Shown here piece after piece: positions 20,502 through 28,096 of a stretch of 64,000 nucleotides of DNA. A model generated the notes under the pieces. The model saw only the letters and a list, made by a program, of their open reading frames with translations, did no database searches and was not told where the DNA came from. The stretch is from Bdellovibrio sp. (lineage in GTDB: Bacteria > Bdellovibrionota > Bdellovibrionia > Bdellovibrionales > Bdellovibrionaceae). The position numbers and the translations under genes are program-made. The stretch lies in the NCBI GenBank assembly GCA_036677065.1, contig JAKFBS010000002.1, positions 320,001-384,000 of the forward strand. Direction: 5' to 3'. Position 1 is the first letter of the stretch. The number at the start of each line of letters is the position of its first letter.

Positions 20502-21158
20502 ATGGATTCCAACCTTGTTCAAAAACTAGTTATTTTTTTTGGCCCTTTATTATTTGCTCTTTGTTTTCATGAATACGCGCATGGCCTTGTGGCCAAGTGG
20601 CGCGGAGACAACACAGCTGAGCGCATGGGGCGTTTAACCCTAAACCCATTGGCTCATGCCGATATGATGGGAACTGTTATTTTTCCGATCATGTCGATTG
20701 TTTTGGGAAGTCCGTTTATTTTTGGCTGGGCAAAGCCAGTTCCTGTCGAAGCAAGAAATCTAAAAAATGTTCGTACAGATATGTTCTGGATCGCCCTTGC
20801 AGGGCCACTTTCAAATATTTTGCTTGCTTTAGTGACCACTATTCTTTGGGCATTATTTGTGAAGTTTCAGTTTTTAGCGGCATACTCTGAAGGCATTAAT
20901 ACCTTTGCGCAAACTTTCATCGGCATTAATATTTTGTTAGCTGTATTTAATATGGTTCCGCTTCATCCGCTTGATGGCGGTAAGGTTTTAGCTCGTTTTT
21001 TACCAGCTTCTATCAATTACAAATTAGAACAGCATGAACAAATTTCTGGAATCGTTCTTATGGCATTGTTGTTTTTAGGATTTCTTATGCCGATACTGGT
21101 TATTCCAATGCAATTCATCTATCGCCTGATGGTTTCTTCTATTATGGGGCTTTTATAA
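20502..21158 (+). CDS. Site-2 protease (M50)
   Basis: HEYAH, GWAKPVP, AGPLSN, FNMVPLHPLDG. Confidence 0.92.
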   Translation: MDSNLVQKLVIFFGPLLFALCFHEYAHGLVAKWRGDNTAERMGRLTLNPLAHADMMGTVIFPIMSIVLGSPFIFGWAKPVPVEARNLKNVRTDMFWIALAGPLSNILLALVTTILWALFVKFQFLAAYSEGINTFAQTFIGINILLAVFNMVPLHPLDGGKVLARFLPASINYKLEQHEQISGIVLMALLFLGFLMPILVIPMQFIYRLMVSSIMGLL

Positions 21159-21311
21159 GCATCGGTAAAAGACACTATTCTTTCAGCAAACCTTAAGAAA
21201 GTTGTTGAATAACCCAAAAACGCTTGCTTCAATTATCAGTGCTGGATGCGTAAGTAGTTCGTAGGATGCGAGCGACAAGGTTTTAAAACTTAATATAAGG
21301 TTATAAACAGC

Positions 21312-22649
21312 ATGAGTATACGCGTTCAGCTTCAACAGTTTGAAGGACCATTAGATTTATTATTATATCTTATTCGTAAAGACGAAATGGATATTTTTAA
21401 TATCAACGTCACTGAAATCACTAAACAATATTTAGAATTCATCAAAATGATGAAAGAATTTGATATCGAAGTTGCCGGCGATTTTATTGCAATGGCTTCA
21501 ACGTTAATTCAAATTAAATCGCGTATGTTGTTACCTCAGTACGATGAAAATGGCGAAATCGTTGAAACTGAAGACCCGCGTAAAGAATTAGTTCAAAAAT
21601 TATTAGAGTACGAAAAATTCAAAGAAGCAGCTAAAGCTCTTTATGAGCGTCCGTTATTAAATCGCGATCAGTGGGCGCGTGGCCTTCGTGAAAAAATGGA
21701 TGTCGCTGATGATGAAATCGAGTTAGAAGATAACGCATTATTTTCTTTAATCGGCTCTTACCGCAAAATGATCAAGGCTTCATTAAAGCGTATTCATAAA
21801 GTGACAGTTAAGCTTCAATCAATCGGTCACCGCATTTTAGAAATGAAAGACTTATTGGTGGTTGGCAAACAAATCACCATGCAAGAACTTTACAATCATT
21901 CAATTACCGAAGTAAAAGAACGTTCACGTAATGTGTTAATCACGTTCTTGTCTTTGTTAGAGCTTGGTAAAATGGGTTACGTTTCTTTATATCAAACTGA
22001 AAATTACGGTGATGTTTACGTTAATCCAAATAAGCCAGTTGAGGGCGACGTCTTATCCAGAGTTGAAGAGTACGGTAATATCAACGCTGATCAAGTGGCT
22101 GAAAACCTATTTCATAAATCAAATATATTAACTGAAGAAGAAATCGAAAATATCGACGCAGAGCCAGTTAATTTTGAACTTCAAGATGGCGGCGTTAACG
22201 CACAAACTGAACAATTATCTTTTGAGCAAACTTTTGCGGCAAATTTAATTGATGGCGACAATCTTTCATTATCAGAAGACATTGCATCTGATGATGAGAT
22301 TTTAGCTGCTGAAATGGAAATCGATTCAGAAGACATTAAGTTAGACCTAAATGTGATCAAAGATTTCAATGAAGACATCACTGAAGCTCCGGAAACCGTT
22401 GAAACAGTTCTAGAGCCAACAACACCTGACTTAGAAGCTAAAGAAGAATTAACTCCTGAAGAGTCTGTCGCGGCAGTTGAAGAAATTATTGAAGTTCAAG
22501 AAGTAGTTCCACAAGAACTTACTCTTGAAGAATATCCAATTCATCATGTAGTTGATAAATCAGTAGAAGATGCAATCGAAGCCGCAGTTAAAGCTGCTAA
22601 TGCATTTAACGACGGCGCAAGTAATGCTGAACCAGAGGGGCAAGTTTAA
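21312..22649 (+). CDS. scpA: Segregation/condensation protein A with long acidic C-terminal extension
   Basis: FEGPLDLLLYLI, IKSRMLLP, TFLSLLEL. Confidence 0.93.
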   Translation: MSIRVQLQQFEGPLDLLLYLIRKDEMDIFNINVTEITKQYLEFIKMMKEFDIEVAGDFIAMASTLIQIKSRMLLPQYDENGEIVETEDPRKELVQKLLEYEKFKEAAKALYERPLLNRDQWARGLREKMDVADDEIELEDNALFSLIGSYRKMIKASLKRIHKVTVKLQSIGHRILEMKDLLVVGKQITMQELYNHSITEVKERSRNVLITFLSLLELGKMGYVSLYQTENYGDVYVNPNKPVEGDVLSRVEEYGNINADQVAENLFHKSNILTEEEIENIDAEPVNFELQDGGVNAQTEQLSFEQTFAANLIDGDNLSLSEDIASDDEILAAEMEIDSEDIKLDLNVIKDFNEDITEAPETVETVLEPTTPDLEAKEELTPEESVAAVEEIIEVQEVVPQELTLEEYPIHHVVDKSVEDAIEAAVKAANAFNDGASNAEPEGQV

Positions 22650-22651
22650 AT

Positions 22652-23998
22652 ATGGCTAAAAAATCAAAAAAATCTACAAAGGCTAAAGAAGTACAATCAG
22701 AAGAGTTATTAATCTCTGAAGATTTAGCAGCTGAAATTGATGCTGAACTTGGCGGGGATCTTGAGGTTTCTGCTGAGTTATTTCAATCTGAAGAAGCTGA
22801 AAGTATCGGTTTTTTACCAGATGTTTCTGACGATGACGAAGTTGAAGAATTATTAGCTGCAAATGCCGATGTTGATCTTGAAGGTTCTGAGCTTGATGGT
22901 TTTGAATCTGCTCAAATTGACGAAGTTGAGTTCGTTGAAGACGAACATGCTGAAAGTATCGTTGAAAGTATTTTATTTGCTTCAGACCGTCCAGTAAGTC
23001 TTGCTTCAATCAAAGAAGTTTTTAAGGGCACTAACGTGCGCAAAGATAAAATCAAACGCATCTTAGACAATTTAGCTGTTGAATACGCAAGTGGTCGCCG
23101 TGGTGTAACTTTAGAAGAAATAACTGGTGGCTACCAATTACGTACTAAAATTGATAATATGAACTTTATTAAACGCACAGTTAAAACACGTGCGTTTAAA
23201 TTATCTGGTCCGGCTTTAGAGACATTATCAATCGTAGCTTACAAGCAACCTGTTGTTAAAAATGAGATCGATCAAATCCGTGGCGTCGAATCAGGTCACT
23301 TATTACGCGCTTTAATGGAAAAAGGTTTATGTAATTTCGAAGGAAAAGCAGAAAACCTACCAGGCCGCCCTATGCAGTACGGAACAACTCGTCGTTTCTT
23401 AGAAATCTTCGGTCTTCGTAACTTAAAAGAATTACCGACCTTATCGCAAATCGATGAATTATTGCCTGAAGGCATCGGCGATGAAGAAGAGCAAAAGCCA
23501 ACTCTTTCTAGCGTAACAGATGCTATGTCTGCTGAAGTTAAAGAAGTCAGCTATTCGCAAGGTGAAGAAGAATTAGGTGCTATTGAAGATGAACTTCAAA
23601 CGATCACAACATCTTCAGATTTCTTCGAGCAAGAAAAAGTTCGCCAAAAACAAAAACGCGATGCTGAAAAAGCTCAGGATATCCGTGATGCCATGACGAT
23701 GGGTGAAAATGTTCCTCGTCGTGATCAAAATTGGTTAAAAAAATACGACGAAAGTTTAGCTATGGCAGAAGCTGGCGTAGCCGTGCCTGTGAACTTCGTT
23801 GAAGATGCGCAAGGCTCTGACGACTTGCAGGCTTCTGAGAATAAAATCACGCAAATCGAAGCTGGTGATGAAGCCGACGAAGATTCTGACGAATTACATT
23901 TCTTTGAAGATGCTGAAGGTAATAAAAACCATGAAAATGGTAGCGAAATTTACGCTGACGAAGATGATGAATCTCCAGTAGATGGAGAACTTTCATAA
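22652..23998 (+). CDS. scpB: SMC-Scp complex subunit ScpB with acidic N- and C-terminal extensions
   Basis: ESILFAS, GGYQLRT, LETLSIVAYKQP, IRGV, YGTTRRFLEIFGL. Confidence 0.93.
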   Translation: MAKKSKKSTKAKEVQSEELLISEDLAAEIDAELGGDLEVSAELFQSEEAESIGFLPDVSDDDEVEELLAANADVDLEGSELDGFESAQIDEVEFVEDEHAESIVESILFASDRPVSLASIKEVFKGTNVRKDKIKRILDNLAVEYASGRRGVTLEEITGGYQLRTKIDNMNFIKRTVKTRAFKLSGPALETLSIVAYKQPVVKNEIDQIRGVESGHLLRALMEKGLCNFEGKAENLPGRPMQYGTTRRFLEIFGLRNLKELPTLSQIDELLPEGIGDEEEQKPTLSSVTDAMSAEVKEVSYSQGEEELGAIEDELQTITTSSDFFEQEKVRQKQKRDAEKAQDIRDAMTMGENVPRRDQNWLKKYDESLAMAEAGVAVPVNFVEDAQGSDDLQASENKITQIEAGDEADEDSDELHFFEDAEGNKNHENGSEIYADEDDESPVDGELS

Positions 23999-24513
23999 GT
24001 CGTATAATCCTGACTTCGATTTTTGTTTATTTTGTTTCCATGATGATTGTCATGGGTAACGGGTCATCATTTCTGGGGCGTTATTTAGGTCAGTATTATT
24101 TTGCGGTGGCAAATACAGTGGGTGTAAATACGACTTGGAATTTCTTCAGTCCAGATCCAGCTCATATTATGTATATTCATTACATCATTCATTTTGAAGA
24201 TGAATATGGCAACCCTACACAGGAATCTAAAGAGTATTTTTATCCTGAGCAAAAAGATGGTTCAGACTTTTCAATTAATGTGCGCCGACACAATTATATG
24301 ATGCGCTTTGTGGCCATCGATCCAAGTCGGGTGGCACAGTTTTTTATTCCTTGGGTGTGTAAGCAAAATCCAGGGTCTACTAAGGTTCAGTTTGGCCTTA
24401 TTTTAAATCGCATTCCCAGTCTTGATAAAGTTATTACTTTAAAAGAAACGCCTTATAATGAATTATTAGTCACCGAAGAGTTGAATCAAAATGTTTTTAA
24501 TTGCCAAAAATAA
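23995..24513 (+). CDS. DUF5819/SdpA-like membrane-anchored protein (probable ATA start at 23995; first ATG at 24040)
   Basis: WNFFSPDP motif; hydrophobic anchor extends upstream of 24040; precedes HTTM gene. Confidence 0.6.
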   Translation: MSRIILTSIFVYFVSMMIVMGNGSSFLGRYLGQYYFAVANTVGVNTTWNFFSPDPAHIMYIHYIIHFEDEYGNPTQESKEYFYPEQKDGSDFSINVRRHNYMMRFVAIDPSRVAQFFIPWVCKQNPGSTKVQFGLILNRIPSLDKVITLKETPYNELLVTEELNQNVFNCQK

Positions 24514-25438
24514 AACTAAAAAATTAAGAACAGTGGTTGCTGATTTTTTATTTGGCGAAGGCCATTTTGAACGCCTTGGTGTTTTTCGATTTTTACTTTG
24601 TGCAGTGATGTTTTACATCGCCTGCTCTCGCCAGTTTAATGTGGATCAGTACGGTCCAGATTCGTTAATTCCTGGTGCACAAGCGCTTGATGTGTTCAGT
24701 GATTTTTATAAGCCCTATATTAAATTCTTTTTCTGGCCAGATGAGTTCGCTTGGGCCATGCATTTGGTTTATATCGTGCTATTGGCGCTTTCGACACTAG
24801 GTTTGTCGAATCGGCCGTTGATGATTTTAACCTGGGTGATCGCTCAAGGTTTTATTCAAAGAAACTTTTCAGTTCTTTTTGGCGCTGATGTGATTGCTAC
24901 ATTATTTTTGTTTTATTTATCTTTTACCCGCTGTAACGAATATTTTTCGCTGCGCCGATTTTTCTCGTCTAAAAAAGTCATTTTCAATCCGAACTCTTGG
25001 GGTGACCAGTTAAGCACGATGTTCTTTAGATTATTACAATTACAGCTTTTTACGATTTACGCCTATACAGGCTTTGAAAAGTTAAAGGGGAGCACTTGGT
25101 GGGATGGAACCGCACTTTGGACAGTGTTGGTAAATCCGCAATTTACTTCATTTGATTTATTATTTTTAAAAGATTTTCCAATCTTTTTTGCGGTTGGAAC
25201 TTTCGTGACTATTATTTTCGAAGTTTATTTTTGGGTCATGGTTTCAATTAAAACCACACGTCCATTGTGGCTATGGCTTGGCGTGCTTTTTCACTTGATG
25301 ATTGGCGTGCTTTTAGGACTTATGTCGTTCTCGCTGGTCATGGTCTCGACCTATATCTTATTCGCTTATCGTTCCAATCTGAGACACTGGCTTGAAAAAG
25401 CTATTCCAAAGAAGTTAGAAAAGCTTATAAGCCTTTAG
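24491..25438 (+). CDS. HTTM-domain membrane protein (SdpB/vitamin-K carboxylase-like)
   Basis: Multi-TM; RN....GAD, QLQLFTIYAYTGFEKL.GSTWWDGTAL, FEV.F, FHL.I. Confidence 0.82.
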   Translation: MFLIAKNKTKKLRTVVADFLFGEGHFERLGVFRFLLCAVMFYIACSRQFNVDQYGPDSLIPGAQALDVFSDFYKPYIKFFFWPDEFAWAMHLVYIVLLALSTLGLSNRPLMILTWVIAQGFIQRNFSVLFGADVIATLFLFYLSFTRCNEYFSLRRFFSSKKVIFNPNSWGDQLSTMFFRLLQLQLFTIYAYTGFEKLKGSTWWDGTALWTVLVNPQFTSFDLLFLKDFPIFFAVGTFVTIIFEVYFWVMVSIKTTRPLWLWLGVLFHLMIGVLLGLMSFSLVMVSTYILFAYRSNLRHWLEKAIPKKLEKLISL

Positions 25439-25444
25439 AACCTT

Positions 25445-25471
25445 TAAGAAATCAGTAAAAAATGCCGATAA
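25445..25471 (+). promoter_or_regulatory. Sigma28 (FliA)-type promoter
   Basis: TAAG-N15-GCCGATAA, perfect -10 box. Confidence 0.75.
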
Positions 25472-25479
25472 ATTAAGTG

Positions 25480-26997
25480 ATGTTATTACGTCTATCATTG
25501 CTATTATTGATGTTTGTTTTTCACGGCTGCACCGGTGCTGTGAATAATTCTACTCTTCTTTCTCAGTTCAAACCATGTGTTGATACTGAAAACTGCACGA
25601 CAAACACACCAGGCGTTATCGCAGGAGAATTAAGAATTTTACCTGATGACGGTGAAATTCATTCTTCGCCAGAGGGCTCAGATTTAGTCGAAATCACAGG
25701 CAGTTGTGAAGATTTAGGTCGAAAATCAAATCGTATCTTGGTTCAAGTTTATGAAGGTGAAGATGATTCAATAAGTCCAATCATTGATAATTCAATAGGA
25801 ATAATGTGTCAGGATAATATTTCAACCTCGTCGCTAGCTTCAAATGGCGGGGCACCGAAAACCTGTATGCTAATTTCTCAAGGCATCGGCTTAGCTGATT
25901 CAGGCCAATCAACATCTCAGTTTCCGCAATGTTTCAATGGTCGTTTTAGTTTTCAGCTGCGCATGGGCCGCATTATTCGTAACGATACAACGGTAAATGA
26001 TAAAACTGATGCGACTAATCCGCGTACGCGTTATCTAGTAAAATTAAAATTACGTACAACTGAAGGAATTACTGCTGATTCTGGCGCAAGCACGATGTTT
26101 GTGAATCGCGCACTTCAAACACCTTCTTTTTCGGTCACAAAAAATAAAGAAAACGATCGTTGTGAAATTAATTTTAACCCATCAAAATTTCGCGATTCAA
26201 GATATACGCTTTATTCAACATGGACTGGCCCAAGCTACGCAGCTTCAGGCAGCTTAACGAATGCGATCTCGGGAACAGTTTATGTGGATACATCGCCGAC
26301 ATTTCCGGGGCTTGGCAACGGGACTACTATTGAAAAGTTTTATCACTTTGGTGAACCTTTAGATTCATCAATCGGTTTAATGCCTGGGGTAAACTACACT
26401 TACCGCATGGAAACCGCAGACTATTCATTCAGAAATGTGACAACACCTGCATTAACAGATTACGAAGTTCAGTTCGGCGGCGTCGCAGGAGCTGTTGAAC
26501 GCAGTGCTATTTCTGGAAACGTAAGCTGTAATATGGACCCAGCTTACGTACGTGACCGTACCGAACAAAACCAGGGGGCTGGAACTCCGAATTCATGTTT
26601 GTTGTCATTGGCCGGTTATAATACGCGTGGGTACAATATTGAATGGCGCGTATCTGATACATCGCCGACCTGGATGACAACAAATCCAAACTCAGGATTT
26701 CTGATCTCTACAGGTGGAGATTCAAACTGTAGATCGCTTCCAACATGTTTTGTTCATGGTGATCGTGGTATTTCGTCGGCAACAACTTTTATTAATGCCG
26801 TCGGCGTTGCAACACCGTTTCAAGCAAATGTTCCGTATTACTTTGCAGCCCGCCATTACAGAGACACAAACGGCAATAGTCAGTTTGATGCAGGCACAGA
26901 TCAGATTGTAGGGGATTGGTCGCCGGCGACAACGACGACGACAAATTCTTCTGACTACAATCACCGCTGCACTTTTAATACATTTCCAGTGCAGTAG
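25480..26997 (+). CDS. Cys-rich secreted lipoprotein, beta-rich, with duplicated C-terminal domain
   Basis: Lipobox-like FHGC, many Cys pairs, DTNGNSQFDAG Ca-loop. Confidence 0.8.
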   Translation: MLLRLSLLLLMFVFHGCTGAVNNSTLLSQFKPCVDTENCTTNTPGVIAGELRILPDDGEIHSSPEGSDLVEITGSCEDLGRKSNRILVQVYEGEDDSISPIIDNSIGIMCQDNISTSSLASNGGAPKTCMLISQGIGLADSGQSTSQFPQCFNGRFSFQLRMGRIIRNDTTVNDKTDATNPRTRYLVKLKLRTTEGITADSGASTMFVNRALQTPSFSVTKNKENDRCEINFNPSKFRDSRYTLYSTWTGPSYAASGSLTNAISGTVYVDTSPTFPGLGNGTTIEKFYHFGEPLDSSIGLMPGVNYTYRMETADYSFRNVTTPALTDYEVQFGGVAGAVERSAISGNVSCNMDPAYVRDRTEQNQGAGTPNSCLLSLAGYNTRGYNIEWRVSDTSPTWMTTNPNSGFLISTGGDSNCRSLPTCFVHGDRGISSATTFINAVGVATPFQANVPYYFAARHYRDTNGNSQFDAGTDQIVGDWSPATTTTTNSSDYNHRCTFNTFPVQ

Positions 26998-27017
26998 TTT
27001 TAAAATCTAAGTTACAC

Positions 27018-27059
27018 AAACTAAAAAGGCTTACTGTTTAAAGTAAGCCTTTTTAGTTT
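27018..27059. terminator. Bidirectional intrinsic terminator
   Basis: AAACTAAAAAGGCTTACT-gtttaa-AGTAAGCCTTTTTAGTTT 18-bp inverted repeat between convergent genes. Confidence 0.88.
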
Positions 27060-27084
27060 CTTTCGAATTAATTCTAATTAAAAA

Positions 27085-28083
27085 CTAGAAGGTCTCGTCA
27101 AACGCTACTTGTCCAGTCACGCCATGCTGGTAAGCAGATACACGACGTTCAAAGAAGTTCGCAAGCTCTTGCATGTCTTGTAATTCCATGAAAGAGAACG
27201 GATTTTTAGTGTTGTAACGTTTAGGAATACTTAACATCTCTAAACGTTGATCTGCGATGTATTCTAAGTACTGGCGCATATCAGTTACAGAAAGACCTGC
27301 AATGCCGTGAGTTAAAAGATCTTCAGCAAAAGTCATTTCGCAATCAATTGCATCTTCTAACATCTGAACAACCATCTCTTGCATTTGTTCATTGAATAAA
27401 GCCGGCTCTTCTTTTCTAACTGTATTGATGACTTCCATCGCAAAAGCCATATGCATGCTTTCGTCACGGAAAACCCAGTTAGTTCCAGAAGCTAAACCTG
27501 CTAATAAGCCTTTAGAGCGCAAGAAATAAACGTAAGCAAACGCTGCAAAGAAGAATAAACCTTCGATGCAAGTTGCAAAACAGATTAAGTTCATTACAAA
27601 TTTTCTGCGATCTTCAATTGTTTCTAATTTTTCTAAATCATTGATTGAATCAATCCATTTGTAAGCAAATTCAGCTTTCTTTTTGATCGAAGGAATGTTT
27701 TCAACTGCAGAAAATGCTTTAGCGCGTTCATCCGGATGTGGAATGTAATTATCTAAAAGTGTTAGATAAAACTGAACGTGCAAAGCTTCTTCATAAAGCT
27801 GGCGAGATAAATATAAACGCGCTTCAGGCGAGTTAATATGTTTGTAAAGGTTTAACACTAAGTTGTTACCAACGATAGAATCACCTGTTGCAAAGAAAGC
27901 GACTAATCTGTGGATTAAATGCTTTTCTGAAACTGTCATTTTCGAGTGTAAATCAACTAAGTCAGTTGAAAAATCGACTTCTTCAACTGTCCATGTGTTT
28001 TTAATACCGTTTTTATACATTTCGTAAAAAAGCGGGTATTTCATCGGGCGTAATGTTAAATCAAATCCTGGATTTAAAATCAT
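27085..28083 (-). CDS. nrdB: Ribonucleotide reductase class I beta subunit
   Basis: FFATGD, EEALHVQFY (radical Tyr), IEG.FF, RDESMH, NFFERR; start reset to ATG 28083 after AAGGA SD. Confidence 0.95.
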   Translation of the reverse strand: MILNPGFDLTLRPMKYPLFYEMYKNGIKNTWTVEEVDFSTDLVDLHSKMTVSEKHLIHRLVAFFATGDSIVGNNLVLNLYKHINSPEARLYLSRQLYEEALHVQFYLTLLDNYIPHPDERAKAFSAVENIPSIKKKAEFAYKWIDSINDLEKLETIEDRRKFVMNLICFATCIEGLFFFAAFAYVYFLRSKGLLAGLASGTNWVFRDESMHMAFAMEVINTVRKEEPALFNEQMQEMVVQMLEDAIDCEMTFAEDLLTHGIAGLSVTDMRQYLEYIADQRLEMLSIPKRYNTKNPFSFMELQDMQELANFFERRVSAYQHGVTGQVAFDETF

Positions 28084-28096
28084 AAAATAGTCCTTC

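Noticed and set aside
21159..21311. Possible trpS remnant or repeat element between the site-2 protease and scpA (GGATGCG twice)
   Set aside because: Too short and degenerate to support from this window alone
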